Shown one piece after another: positions 26,488 through 41,904 of a stretch of 64,000 bases of DNA. How positions within the stretch are numbered: position 1 is the stretch's first letter; each line of letters opens with the position of its first letter. The DNA is from Eledone cirrhosa (Eukaryota), in the NCBI GenBank assembly GCA_964016885.1, contig OZ024741.1, positions 51,150,001 through 51,214,000 on the forward strand. Direction: 5' to 3'. The notes under the pieces were generated by a model, which saw nothing but the letters and a program-made list of their open reading frames with translations, was not told where the DNA came from and did no database searches. The translations under genes and the position numbers were made by a program.

Positions 26488-28437
26488 TGGTGACCCCGAC
26501 GTGATGAATATTTTCAGTTCAAAATATTCCTTTTGAAATAAAATTAAAATTGGCAGTGTATGTATAAAAAAAAAAGAATTTTCACCACGAGGAAATTAGT
26601 ATCAAAATGGCTATCACCCCTACCAACAACAGCAGCAGCAGCGACAACACTGCTTAACCACTGACCATAGACAACGGAATAACTATGCGGCAGCTTCATA
26701 GCCTTTACCGACGCAAACTACCACACATCATATTGTTTATCCTACGCTTTCACCTCTTCTATCGTCCCTACCGTTAAGAAAAAAAAATGGAAGTAGTTTT
26801 TTTTTTAAGAAGAACAACACGTGGTTTAACTTTCATGAACCCGCCTGCGACAACATCTTTGAAAGAAAAAATTAGCTGTATTTTCAAAATTATGGCACGG
26901 AAACATTTTTCTTTCGATACGGCTTCCTGCAATACGAACAAGCCAACACCGAACTCACGTGGTGACTTACGGCTCTTCAACGCTCGACTTCGCTTCGATA
27001 GCAACAACAACAAAAAAAAATTCTACTAGCTTCCAAAAAAAATTTAAAAGAAAAGAAATGGCGAACTTTTTGTTAAAAGAAAAGAAACAATTCTTTCTTT
27101 CTTCCTTTTTTTTTCAGGCAATGTTTGGACATTTATTTTTTTTAAACTGTATTATATGAAAATTCATTTTTTTTTATCATTGTATATATGACTGTATCAT
27201 TTTCTTTATCATTTTATATATGACTGCACCCACATATTCTTTGCTGTATTACATGCCTGCATATCCACACACATTTCTTTGACACACACCAACATGTTGT
27301 TGTTAGTATATGTTCTTCAAACATAATATTCTGCGAGATCCCTTTTCACCTGGTTGAGGTACCGACACATGCTAGCGACTCATAGAGCTTAATTCACCTG
27401 AATTCAAACAGGCACCGCAACACGAGAACTGTTAATTGCAGCTGGATTCAAACATCTCGTTGCACACTCATCGTCCTATAGCATAACAACCTCCATCTTG
27501 TTACTTTACCCGACTCACTGGGAAAACAACAAATGGAACTGGACCTGTCAGCATTTCCACCACTTCTGTGGATTCGCCCGAATTATGGAATTTACACTGC
27601 AACTACTACCCACCTACAGATTCAACTTGCTTTTTTCTTTTCAAAGCAACCAGCCATTTTTTCCTGGCTGCCTAGCACTTTCGGCAATACATCTGGGAGG
27701 ACGACATTTTCTCGCCTACCCATCATCTTCTTGCCAGCACTGGTAAACTACCATAATAGCTTCACTCACAGCTACTGGTACAACACTTACCATTAACATT
27801 TAATGCAAGAACAGCAACTTCGTCCATGTCAGACTTTATCCGTTTTCTGTTAGACCCCTGGTAGTCACGTATAAATAGCAAAACAGCTAGTCATTTGACA
27901 CAGCGACTCAACGCGGCCCTTAGCGCCTCATTTTCTTTTTCTTGTATGCATTCTTCTGTTCAATTATTTTTTCACTGATGTGCTCTTTCAGCATTTTTTC
28001 CTGCTGATTCAATAATCTGTATCGTCTTACGACTAGAGGGGGAGTATTGTAGTGACCTACATTCCGCGGGCTCACATACACATGTGTATGTATATTCACT
28101 GGGACACAGAAATAGTTGGGCTGGACACCCGATCGCGCGGTTAAACCGCTGGCAGTGAAGGACTGCTAGCCTTTGTCAGGGCATTTTTCTAGAAGGCAAC
28201 TCAGGAAACTGGGATAACTCCCATATAAAACCTGCGGCTCAGTAGTTACCGATGATGTTGATCTTTTCTTCTTTTCGGGTTATAGCTACTGTCGCTCAGA
28301 GAGTGGAATTGGCGCAGTGCACAGTCTTTCCTCACTTTAAAAAATATCTTCACGCACAGGCATTGCACGATAGAATTAATAAATACTTATTAATAATGGT
28401 ATATCGTACAATGGCCATACTCGATAACGAGGAGGCA

Positions 28438-28444
<7 letters not shown>
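26488..28444 (+). mobile_element. decayed, internally deleted Gypsy-type LTR retrotransposon
   Basis: PBS tggtgaccccgacgtgat (26488-26505) is complementary to the tRNA-Trp 3' end. Gag knuckle remnant TCQHFHHF..FAR near 27545. PPT agagggggag at 28035-28044; LTR tgtag..atca at 28048-28444. Confidence 0.75.
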
Positions 28445-28485
<41 letters not shown>

Positions 28486-28500
28486 ATATATATATATATA

Positions 28501-28685
<185 letters not shown>

Positions 28686-28764
28686 ATGTGTGTGTGTATA
28701 TATATATATACACACACACACAAAATATATATACCCCGCAAAACAAATATATATATATATATAT

Positions 28765-29212
28765 ATTTGTTTTGCGAGGTTTTTGATACGAAATCGTGTA
28801 TCGAAACAAATATTGTTATACTTGGGGAGGGTCATACTGTTGTAATAATATTGCCAGAAATAATAACAGAACACACTCACTGTTTGGTTGGTTTTCGCTT
28901 CTGTATCTTTTATATCTCCATAGTTAATTCATTTGGTTCTCAATGTTTATTATTGACTGACCAACGGTAAAAAAATACAGATATAAATACATATATATAG
29001 TCTAACAAAATTCTTTCGTTGCACATCTGCAACATCATCAATGGTACTATTATGTTTCCTCCTGTTGTATTGTATGTCTATATATATGTATTATAACTCT
29101 AATTAACTGTGGAGATATAAAAGATACAGAAGCGAAAACCAACCAAACAGTGAGGGTGTTCTGATATTATTTCTGGCAATATTATTACAAGAATATGACC
29201 CTCCCCAAGTAT

Positions 29213-29220
<8 letters not shown>
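28765..29220. mobile_element. fold-back mini-PLE in (TA)n
   Basis: 28810-28929 is inverted at 29101-29220; gatac..gtatc-GAAAC-aaatatt-GTT hammerhead half at 28785-28820. Confidence 0.7.
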
Positions 29221-29269
<49 letters not shown>

Positions 29270-29271
29270 CG

Positions 29272-29310
<39 letters not shown>

Positions 29311-29351
29311 GTGTGTATATATATATATATACATATATGTATATACATATA

Positions 29352-29394
<43 letters not shown>

Positions 29395-29407
29395 GTATAT
29401 ACATATA

Positions 29408-30907
<1,500 letters not shown>

Positions 30908-30935
30908 TATATATGTATATGTATATACATATATA

Positions 30936-31512
30936 CCAGTTGGTGCTACTGGTACCATGTATCCCAGTACAACCTGTCTCATGGTCGGGTCGTTGGCGAC
31001 TAAACTGGCAACCCCACCAAGGTTTCTTGGTGAGGAGGGTGACTTTGGACATCCTGCAGGACTAAAAACAAAACCTGCCAAAGAGCAAAAGAGCTCTTAA
31101 GAGTCAATGGCCATCCCAAATCACCGGGAGAGATGACCCCTTAGCCTTTGTCAGGGCAAAATTCTAGGAGAAAGAAAACTCTGATGGTATCTAATTATGT
31201 TGACTTGTTTTTCTTTTTGGTAAATATCATCTTGATTAAGAGAGTGGGACTGGCTTTGTGCAGTGCCTTTGCTCACTATAAAAGCTTCACGGCACAGGCA
31301 TTGCTTTATATCTGGAGAACTCTCTGCACTTGTCGTCACATGGTACCATGGGCCCAGCACTATGTGTCAATAATTGTCACAAGTGTAGTGTTTGTACCAG
31401 AGTGTTCAAGTCGCTGGCTGGACTAAAAAGTCACACTCGTTCAGCGCATCGGTAAGGGTTCTGCTACATGGATATAAAGTAGTGGCCGTACTCGAAAACG
31501 AGTTGGCAGCCA

Positions 31513-31514
<2 letters not shown>
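30936..31514 (+). mobile_element. non-autonomous RTE-derived element (monomer) in (TA)n
   Basis: Same sequence as the unit of the 61153-63750 array; RTE 5'-UTR-like ctaggagaaagaaaactctga; 3' hairpin actcgaaaacgagt before a microsatellite tail. Confidence 0.65.
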
Positions 31515-31600
<86 letters not shown>

Positions 31601-31661
31601 ATGTATGCATATATATATATGTATATATATATGTATATATATATATATGTGTGTGTGTGTG

Positions 31662-31697
<36 letters not shown>

Positions 31698-31822
31698 AGT
31701 GTGAGTGTGTGTGTGTGTGTATGTGTGTGTATATATATAAGTTATTCCGGGTTAAATCGGAGGTAACCACAGTAAATAAAGTACTCAATACATTGCAGAG
31801 TATAAACGTTTTAATATAGAAG

Positions 31823-31873
31823 AGCTTCTACAGGACTAGAACTGTTTCATTCGTGAGAAATCATCAGGAAGCT
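31823..31873 (-). ncRNA. type I hammerhead ribozyme in a PLE 3' end (~31741-32890)
   Basis: Minus: agcttc-CTGATGA-t-ttc-tcac-gaa-t-GAAA-cag-ttctagtc-ctg-TA-gaagct; perfect 6-bp stem I. Confidence 0.8.
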
Positions 31874-32897
31874 GGCTGCCAAGTAAAATGGTAGTATTTA
31901 TAGCTTTCCTTATCTGGTGGTAAGAGAGGGTGGGGATTGGGATGGGTGTAGGTCATTGGTTGAAGGAGTTAAAGAAAAGGGAGTTCATTAAAAGCTAATT
32001 CTTTAAAGCTATAAAATTAACAAAGAATACAGTAAGCATGTTCAAAATTGGAATATCAATTCTTGTTTATCACTTAGACTAACAATGCCTGTAAGACAGG
32101 TGTCTACAGGATGAGTAGGGTTCAATGGTTTAAAGAAAAGGGAAATTCTTTAGAAGCTAATTCTTTAAGGCTGAAATAAGGGTGACACCTGGAATATATT
32201 TTAAGAGAAACTTCACAATAAGGGGATTCACCCCAACACTTGAATCTGTTGATGGAACCCTTTCTGCCTTTGTCACCCTTATTTGAGATTGACCAATAGT
32301 AAAAATAGGAAGGGACAATATAGATCATTAAGCTGGTAGTAGTAGATGAATAAATTAGCAGTCAGGGAATGAGGTATCGAATGACCTTTAAGAAAAGAAA
32401 GTTGCGAGTGTAAAGGAATTTAGACAGATTGTATAGAAAAGTGTGAACGGTCAAGGAAGATTAAAGTTGGAGGAAAAAGGGTGCGGATATCAGTGTGTTA
32501 TATCTAGTAGAATAGTATAGAACAATCCTAAATATTTGTTATTTCTTTGTTCAAGAGGAATAATTTGTTCTAAAAATAGAACAAGTAGAGGAATATAGAT
32601 GGAACCAAAGAAAAGTAAAATTTAGATTTAAAAATATATAGGTAAGAAAAAATAAAATTTGTGTAAGTATTGTATTGTGTTAGAGTGGTCAGAATGAAGT
32701 TTTCCTTGTAGGGAATTTTATTTTCGAATAAGAAATCTCATTAATAATCTGGTTTTCTTAATAGGTTTAAATGCATGTTTGTTAAAGTGTTTTGTTAGAG
32801 TGTTGAATATAATGTAATATATAGTGCTCATTAATAGTTAATTATTTAAAACAGTTATAGGGATGAGATATAGGATTGAATCTATGAATTATTAAAT

Positions 32898-33003
32898 AAT
32901 TGTTTCTACAAGGCCAGCAAATTGTCAGTACATTACTGGTACTTTATTTTATCGACCCCGTAAGGATGAAAGGCAAAGTTAACCTCGGCGGGATTTGAAC
33001 AGA
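32898..33003 (-). mobile_element. SINE family A fragment
   Basis: Reverse complement of the family core. Confidence 0.85.
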
Positions 33004-33106
33004 CCGGCTGAAGAGAAAATGTCTGTATTGAATGCATTGTCTTGTTTACAGTGTGTGTGTATTGTGTGTGTGTGTGTGTGTGTGTGTATGTTTGTGTGTG
33101 TTTGTG

Positions 33107-33142
<36 letters not shown>

Positions 33143-33160
33143 AGTGTGAGTGTGTGTATG

Positions 33161-33247
<87 letters not shown>

Positions 33248-33638
33248 CTGTGTGAGTGTTCGTGTGTGTGTGTAAATCACCATTGGAATCGGAGACATAG
33301 GCCGCGAAACACGATCATCACTGACAACGAACTCGCAGAGAGAATCCCTTGTGGTTGATTCCCAGCCTGCTAGAGTTAGCAGTCAGGTTGGTTAACATAC
33401 GTGGCATGTCTTTCGTCTTCTTTGGTGTTATAAAATTAGTATCAATAAACTTTCCTATATATACTCTTACCCCAATCCTGTACATACTTTCCGATTGTCA
33501 CTTTTCGTTTTTTTCGTGTGATACTCGAAGGAACCAACCAACAAACATCTCTCTTTTATATCTCTTTTATTTGCTCATTCAAGTGATTTAACACTTCGCT
33601 GCTCGCAAGTGTTTTTTAAGCTTCATATCATGTCTCCC

Positions 33639-33709
33639 TATTTTATCTGATGAGAACGCAAATATCATCCCATGATGATATTTGTTTTTGAAATGCGCAT
33701 AATAAAATA
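33639..33709 (+). ncRNA. type I hammerhead ribozyme with long stem II
   Basis: tattttat-CTGATGA-..gcaaatatcatc-ccat-gatgatatttgt..-GAAA-tgcgca-TA-ataaaata; 8-bp stem I and palindromic stem III. Confidence 0.88.
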
Positions 33710-33833
33710 CATGGAACTCTTTTAACCATCTTTTGATTTTATATTATTTATACTCCAGTCCTATAAACTGTTGAGTGCTACTTATCCGATATTTGCATTG
33801 CTTTATTGTGGTACAATAAAACTCACCTCCTAC

Positions 33834-33892
<59 letters not shown>

Positions 33893-33975
33893 ATATTAAA
33901 TAAATGGAAACTATATTTATAAAACCATATTTATTCTATATTTGTTGGATTTCCAACAAATTAAATATCTCTTCT

Positions 33976-34113
<138 letters not shown>

Positions 34114-35197
34114 AATAATAATAAAATTGAAGACTAAAATCCAAAGAGGGCTCGATAAGGAAAATATATATCAAATATATAAGAACCGTAGAGCAAATAT
34201 TTATTAAAATAACAGATTAAAGTTTAAGCAAAGAATCGCTGCTTTCACCCTTAACGGGATCTTCTGAAACTAACAAAGTCAATCTGTAAACGCAGAACTG
34301 GATATTTCAAAAAACGTTGCAACCGGAGGAAGACAGGAAGACGATACTTTGGTTCGTGGTAACGTTCGCTGGCAAAGAACGGGAAAAAACGAATAATACG
34401 TCATTAATAGGAGCGGTGAAAACCAATTACGCGCAAAGACAAAACCACGTTTATGGTATAAAAGAGGTCGTAGACTAATGTTCTCTTAGGTGGTGCATAG
34501 AGACGTTCTCTGGCAATGAACGAAAAAACGAAGATAATAAGTCATATGTGGAGCGTGGAGAACAATAGCACGCAAAGACAAAACCACGTAAATGGTATAG
34601 CAGAAATCGTAAACTAAAATTCTAACTAGGAGACCAAATGAATCTCCGCTACAGAGTTAAGAACAAAGTAAATAAATACAATACAGAAGTAATAGAAACA
34701 AATAAATACATACACGCAAACAGATACGTACATACACAAGCATACGCAAAACCTTACCATGGGTATACACGCTCCACATATGACTTATTATATATATACA
34801 CACATACACACACACATACATATACATACACACATACACACACACACACACATATACACATACACACACATATATATACACACACACACATATATATACA
34901 TACACATACATCCAGATACACACATACATACACTCACACACACATACATACACATATATATATATATGTACATACATATATATATATATATATACACACA
35001 CACATACATACACACACACATATATACATACACACATACAAACACACACACACATATATACACGCATACACACACATTTATATACACACACACACACACA
35101 TATATATATACATACACATACATCCAGATACACACATACATACACACACACACACACACATATACATACACATACATACATCCACATGCACACACAT

Positions 35198-35250
<53 letters not shown>

Positions 35251-35552
35251 AAGATTGAAGAATAACATGGTCGGCTGTACAAAAAGGGCTTTATTTCAAG
35301 TATTAACAATTGTTTCATTGATCAGGTGAGTCTAAAGGCCGCTAATCACTCGAAGTTGCGTCATATATATATATATATAGGAAAAGGTTCAGGAGCCCGA
35401 CGGCTGAGTTCCGAATCTAGCTGTCGAAACGGCCGGAACTCAGTCGTCGGGGTCCTGACTCTTTTCCTATTACCCACTCTACTACCCTAAGTATTGAATA
35501 CTCTGGTACGTTATGGTCCACCTGGTATCTTACCACACTTTCTTTGTTATAC

Positions 35553-35603
<51 letters not shown>

Positions 35604-35609
35604 AAGAGA

Positions 35610-35649
<40 letters not shown>

Positions 35650-36259
35650 GTGTAAATAGATAGATATATTTCTTTATTAGCCACAGGGGCACAAAAGAAG
35701 GGGACAAATACAAAGGGGGAAGTTTACATACAATAAAAACGTGTAAAATGTTATCACAGATGGAATTTAAAAGTTAGTCGATTTTCCCCAATAGAGGGAG
35801 ACAGTTTATATGGGTAACACATACCCCCGAAAAAAATGTGCAACCCTCATCTCCAGGAGTACGAAGAGCTTGTACTCCTTTCCTCTCCTCCTCCTTTTCC
35901 TCAATCTACAGGCTGATATAGAGAGAAGGCCCATTCACTCGGGCCATTCTCGCCACTTTCACCCACCTTTCATAAAACTTGCTGGGGTGTAAATAGATAG
36001 ATAGATAGACAGATAGGTAAATAGATATGGGTAAAGTCGAATATGTTTCTGTGCATTTGTATGTAAGTCTAGCAGTATGTGTGTTAGTACACAGGTGAAT
36101 ACATACATGTATGCATGTGTTTATGTGTGTTTGAGTGTGTGTTGTGTGTGTGTGTGTATGTATGTGTGTGGTGTATGTGTGTGTTGTGTGTGTTCGGGTG
36201 ACGAAATGGCTTTCAGGAACGAATTAAGTTCGTCAACCATCATATGTATATATATATAT

Positions 36260-36511
36260 ATCACCTTGATCACCTTGACCGACCAGTCTGTCGCCGCCGC
36301 TGGTCACAGCACGTCGTGCTGTTTTAACCATAAGATAACGCCATCCCACTGGCGGGGCGGGCAGGCCGGTACTCATTTCTACAGCTGAGTAAACTGGAGC
36401 AACGTGAAATAAAGTGTCTTGCTCAAGGAAACAACACTTCACCCGGTCCGAGAATTGAACTCACAACCTTTCGATTGCAAGCCCACTGCTTTAACCACTA
36501 AGCCATGCGCT
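36260..36511 (-). mobile_element. CORE-type tRNA SINE
   Basis: Minus: gcgcatggcttagtggttaaagc..gagttcaattc..gtttccttgagcaagacactttatttcacgttgctccagtttactcagctgtagaaatgagtacc. Confidence 0.85.
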
Positions 36512-36514
36512 TTC

Positions 36515-36717
36515 ACATATATGGTGCTGTGGAATCTGTGCTTGTTTATGGCTCTATCACTTGGACGCTAACGTCGAAACTGGAGAAAAAGTTAGACGGA
36601 GCATACACACGTATGCTCCGTGCTGCTTTAAACGTATCTTGGAGGGAACACCCAACAAATAAGGATCTCTATGGCAATATACCACCTAGCACCAGGTCAA
36701 TACGTGGACAGAGACTC

Positions 36718-36720
<3 letters not shown>
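36515..36720 (+). mobile_element. RTE-clade LINE fragment (post-RT region)
   Basis: VESVLVYGSITWTLT..LEKKLDGAYTRMLRAALNVSWREHPTNKDLYG. Confidence 0.85.
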
Positions 36721-36771
<51 letters not shown>

Positions 36772-36965
36772 TCAGGTTTGAGGTTCACCACTGTATAGAG
36801 CTGGTCTATTCCGTATGGTCAATCGTAATGCAATAATATAGAGAGTACTCAACGTAAAGCAGTTCAACCGTCTTTGTTTTTGTAGTTGGTGGTGCTATTA
36901 CGGAGTTAAATATTATAATGAAATGATAGGAGGCTGGATTTGTGTAAATCCTTGAAAGGTTTATT

Positions 36966-37023
36966 ATACTATGATCATTTCAATGACCGGGTTCCGTATG
37001 AATCCGGTGATATCATCAGGTAT
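36966..37023 (-). ncRNA. type I hammerhead ribozyme
   Basis: Minus: atac-CTGATGA-..accgg..ccggt..-GAAA-tgatca-TA-gtat. Confidence 0.82.
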
Positions 37024-37049
37024 TCGAAATATAATACGTGAATGTAATA

Positions 37050-38195
37050 GGTAAAATCCATGGGGCTGAAAATCGAGACCCGAGGGCGACCGCTATTCTG
37101 TTCCTTCAACATGGAACGGGAACAGAACAGAGAGGCAGTACAAACAAAGGTTTATTAGTTTCACGCTCTTTAGAGAGGGGAGTGGGGAACGACGTTTCGG
37201 GCATAAGCCCTTCTTCAGGAGAAAAGTGGGTGGGAAGAGAGTTCCGAGGGTGTGTGGGGGAGTGGTGGAGAGACATTTAGAAAAAAGGGGGTGGGGGAAT
37301 ACAGTAGAAGGGGTACAAATAAAAATAAAAATAAACATGAGGATAAACAAGTGGTGGAAGGATGTTGGGCGTGTAGGGGTGGTGGCGGGTGGAGTAGGGA
37401 GAGGAAGGCGGGGTGTCCGAGCGGGGAGGGATGAAGGTGGTGTTTGTGTGTGTGTAGATGTACGTGTGTTTGTGTATGTGAATGTGAGAGTTGGGGGAAG
37501 AACGAGGTTCCATGTTCAGGAAAGGTGTGTGTGTGGGGTGGGGTGTAGGTCGGTGTGTGTGTGCGTGTGGATGGGGAGAGGTCAGAGGGGTGGGGGAGGG
37601 GGGAGAGGATTCCGGAGGCTGAGTGTGTATATATGTGGGGGTACGCACGTGTGTGTTGGTGTTTATGCGTTTTGTGAATGTAGGTGACGTGGTTCGAAAA
37701 GAAATTGTGAGTGTATGTCCGTGGGTAAATTCCTAAGGTAGTTCTGTAGAGGGTGTGACGAGTTGCCGGATATTTTCCATGTTATGGAGTGGATAGTGGG
37801 AACGATAGTCGATGGTGTGTAATCCGTTGGTTGTGGTAGTCAGAAGAGGGGAGATGTGGGGTGCGTGCGCAACAGGAAGTGGTCAGAGGGTCAAGGCAGG
37901 AGAAGGCATAGCAGCAGTAGAGGAGAATGGCAGGTGGAGAAAGTCAGTGTGTCAGTGTGTGTGGAGGTACGGTGGACAGGGGAGAGGATGGTAGGTGTGA
38001 AAGGTGGAGTAGGAAGGGGGTCAGGTGGGGGATGGGTGTGTATTAGTAGAGGTGTTAGTGGGATGTCTGTGTGTGTGTGTGAAGGGGTGTGGGTGGAGCG
38101 GGGAGAGGGAGAGAAAAGGTGTGAGGGTGGTGGAGGGAGTGTAGTGTACTGGTGTGTGTGTGCGTGTTTGGATGACTGTGTGTGTGGAGAAGGGG
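37050..38195 (-). mobile_element. PLE 3' region with minimal hammerhead at 37187-37222
   Basis: Minus: CTGAAGA-a-gggc-ttat-gccc-GAAAC-GTC, then aataaa; C/A-rich UTR upstream. Confidence 0.65.
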
Positions 38196-38196
38196 G

Positions 38197-38520
38197 TGTT
38201 CGTTGTTTTGAATATCTAAACAACGAACAGCGGACACGTTTCGCACCTTTCCGACAGACAACCTTCCCCCCCCCCCGGAAAAATCCCACAGTTGATGGAT
38301 GTGAATCCGAAATATATAGGGACAATTAAATCTCTCCCAAGGTAACTCTATCTCGTGTTATTATTTTTATTTTTTATCCTTTACGCTCTTTCCTACATTC
38401 TTCTACATGCTACAGTCTTCAACACGCCACACATCTCAACGTACACCCACGTACACCACCGGATCTTGTTACCCGGAGATTTACCCATCTGCATTGTCGA
38501 GGCTTCCAAACGACTTAAAG
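38197..38520 (+). mobile_element. solo pseudo-LTR of the 23345-25969 Penelope family with a tiny fold-back
   Basis: Homologous to 23345-23650; starts with the hairpin gttcgttgttt..aaacaacgaac. Confidence 0.85.
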
Positions 38521-38711
38521 AAATATATATATATATATATATATATAGGATAACAATATATCGTTAAAGGTAATCCGATAAGAGATTGTGAAAACTACTT
38601 GTCATGGATAGTTTAAGCGTACGGCGTTGTGTGACTCAACAAGAGGTTTACGTGGATGGCGAGTTAATGACTTCACTTGTATTCCTATGTAAGTATATCT
38701 TGGAGTGATAA

Positions 38712-40209
38712 AATTGAAAAAGTGAAGAATAACATGGTCAACAGTACAAACAAGGAAATTTATTTACAATCTAACAATTGTTTCTATGATTCAGATGTCT
38801 AGAAATTGCTAAACACTGAAGGCAGTGGTACTCTATTTAAAAAACCATTGCAGGCTCTGTAATATGGCACTTTTCCAAATTCTTAATTTCAACAAAACCC
38901 TTCTTAACAGTAGAATTGAACGAACTATTTTTGGCCGGCACAAATCAGCAACTAAATTCGAGAACTTTAGACCAACTTAATTCCATTTTCTATTTCTTAT
39001 CCCTTTTATACCATTAGAATCTACTACGATATCACATTATCAGCAGCATCGTCACCATTATAATTACCAAAGAACAACATCAGAACATTTTGTATTGACA
39101 TTCTTATTTTATACACCTCGATCTTTCACCATTTGTCTTTGCTTTTCTCTACTTAAACCTATTTCATCTCGATCATTTTATCTTATCATATAATGCATCT
39201 TAAACTAGTTAATTTACTTATTAAAATATCCAATACACACATAAATATATCCAATATTATAATATTTTCAACTTAACATCTATCCACATTTAATAATCAT
39301 CAATAACTATTCACAATAACATTAACAACATTAATATTACTCTTATTAGTCTCTTCAACGCATTTATTTATTTATTCTCATCTTTACGTTTCAGATATTA
39401 TACCATTTTATATAACAATAGACGTAAATTGTTTATTTACTCATCTATCCATTTATTTATTTATCCTTTTATTTATTTATTTATTTATCCTTTTATTTAT
39501 TTATTTACTTATTTATTTATTTGTTTCTATGATTAAATCTCTATTTTTACTTGCTTTCATTCTTGTATTAACGTATATTCGTCTATCTGTTTATCTTCCT
39601 TCTTCTCTCCATCCTATTTCTGCCCGTATTCATCAACAATTACTCATCCGGTCGCACGCCTTGATTCTTCTGTCTTCCACATGATGTCTCTACCTGTTTT
39701 TCTGTTTCGTTCTTCATCTTTCTATCTCTTTCTCTTTTTCCTTCTTCATCCTTCTTTTTCTTCTTTACCTTTACTACATGTACCCCCCCCCCTCTTTTCT
39801 TTCTATCTGTATCTTTATTATCAATATTATTTTTATTTTGATGTGATAGTTTGATTTCGTAATTTTGCCGGTTGTGCATAAACTGTATTTTCGTTTTCCC
39901 TTTCGTCTTTTTCTCCCCCCACCCCTCCTTTCCATCTGTCCCCATTCCTTTATTTCTCTCTATATCTTTATTATTAATATTATTATTGATGTGGTAATTT
40001 GAATTTATAAATTTACCGTTACGCATATATTTTGTATTTTCTCTTAGTCTCTGACGAAATGATAAAGGTTGCATGTTTTTTAAATTGAGTGCCACTGCCT
40101 TCAGTGTTTAGCAATTTCTAGACATCTCTATCATAGAAACAATTGTTAGACTATAAATAAATTTCCTTGTTTGTACTGTTCACCATGTTATTCTTCACTT
40201 TTTCAATTA
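38712..40209 (+). mobile_element. 5'-truncated PLE with inverted pseudo-LTR
   Basis: 38712-38850 is the reverse complement of ~40070-40208; hammerhead at 40046-40152. Confidence 0.8.
40046..40152 (+). ncRNA. type I hammerhead ribozyme with ~63-nt loop II
   Basis: agtct-CTGACGA-a-atgata..tatcat-a-GAAAC-aatt-GTT-agact. Confidence 0.8.
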
Positions 40210-40426
40210 TATATATATATATAATATTATAAAGCTGAGTGTCGTATGTATGTATTATGTATGTATCCTACACACCTCCCTATAGTTTCTTAGTTTACTC
40301 TCTCCGTCGCTCTTCCCTCTCTCTATAATAGATCATTCCCCCTCTCTATAATTTAACTGCTTTACTCTCTCTGTCGCTCTTCACTCTCTAATATTATAAA
40401 GCTGAGCGTCGTCTTTCACCCTCTCT

Positions 40427-40626
40427 NNNNNNNNNNNNNNNNNNNNNNNNNNNNNNNNNNNNNNNNNNNNNNNNNNNNNNNNNNNNNNNNNNNNNNNNNN
40501 NNNNNNNNNNNNNNNNNNNNNNNNNNNNNNNNNNNNNNNNNNNNNNNNNNNNNNNNNNNNNNNNNNNNNNNNNNNNNNNNNNNNNNNNNNNNNNNNNNNN
40601 NNNNNNNNNNNNNNNNNNNNNNNNNN
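40427..40626. other. assembly gap (200 N)
   Basis: Run of N. Confidence 1.
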
Positions 40627-41048
40627 GTTGTGAGATTATTTCTTCTCATATACACATGTATAAATAATCGTAGTATGTATATATTTGCTGGATGTAGAAT
40701 GTTATAACAGATTCGTCAGCAGTTATGATATTTGAGTGATAAACCAACCCAATATGCCTGCAGACAATAACTTCGTTTGATGAACAATCTTACCTACTTG
40801 AATTAACCTTAGGGAATCATTACTAGTTACGGGTGATCTCCCTTACCTCGGGCGATCTCCTGTCGGCAGAAATAAACATTTAACTAGATTTGTAAAGCTG
40901 AATGAAGTTAGTGTTGCTCAAGTCATACGGCGGTGACGGCAGAGGTGATGATGGTGATGTGATTGAGTGAGTCTGTGAGATTAAATATTTTTTATTTATT
41001 TATTTAATTATTGTAGATCTGGGGTAAATGAGTTCTTGAAATACAATG

Positions 41049-41079
<31 letters not shown>

Positions 41080-41103
41080 GCACGCACACACACACATACA
41101 TAC

Positions 41104-41145
<42 letters not shown>

Positions 41146-41189
41146 TTATTGAGTATATGTTGATTGTTTACCGACACCTCAGTATGCAG

Positions 41190-41254
<65 letters not shown>

Positions 41255-41256
<2 letters not shown>

Positions 41257-41663
41257 AAAAAGTATGACCCCGACGGCAGAGCTCAAGCCGTTTCGACGAT
41301 CTGTATACAGCAGATCACTTTCAACGCTTGACCGGCTCCACTCACTCCCTCATTGTTCTACAGGCAAGTTCAGCCACCCCTATATCCCACCAAATGCCAT
41401 GATAGACATATTTGTGTTTACAACAAATTTTGACCAATCCTCTTGACAACTACAATCTTCCCATATAAGGAAGTACCCCTTGACAAGTTCGGCTATTTAT
41501 TCACCAGGCTAAAAATTCTAATGTAGTCCAGAAATAGCCGTCGAAACGGCTTGAGCTCTGCCGTCGGGGTCATATTTTTTCCTATTACCCACTCTACTAC
41601 CTTAAGTATTGAGTACTCTGGTGCGTTATGGTCCATCTGGTTCCTTACCACAATTCTTTCGTT

Positions 41664-41665
<2 letters not shown>
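41255..41665 (+). mobile_element. fold-back mini-PLE containing the full (decayed) family hammerhead at 41475-41570
   Basis: acccc-TTGACAA-gttcggctattt..aaatagccgtc-GAAAC-ggc..gcc-GTC-ggggt; inverted arm at 41255-41298. Confidence 0.8.
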
Positions 41666-41727
<62 letters not shown>

Positions 41728-41825
41728 GTTATTCCAGGTTGAATCGGAGGTAACCACAGTAAGTAAGGTACTCAATACATTGCAGAGTATAAAAGTTTTA
41801 ATATAGATGAGATTCTAGAATCTCA

Positions 41826-41890
<65 letters not shown>

Positions 41891-41904
41891 ATATATATAC
41901 ATAC

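Noticed and set aside
40416-40655. 79-aa ORF
   Set aside because: It spans the N gap.
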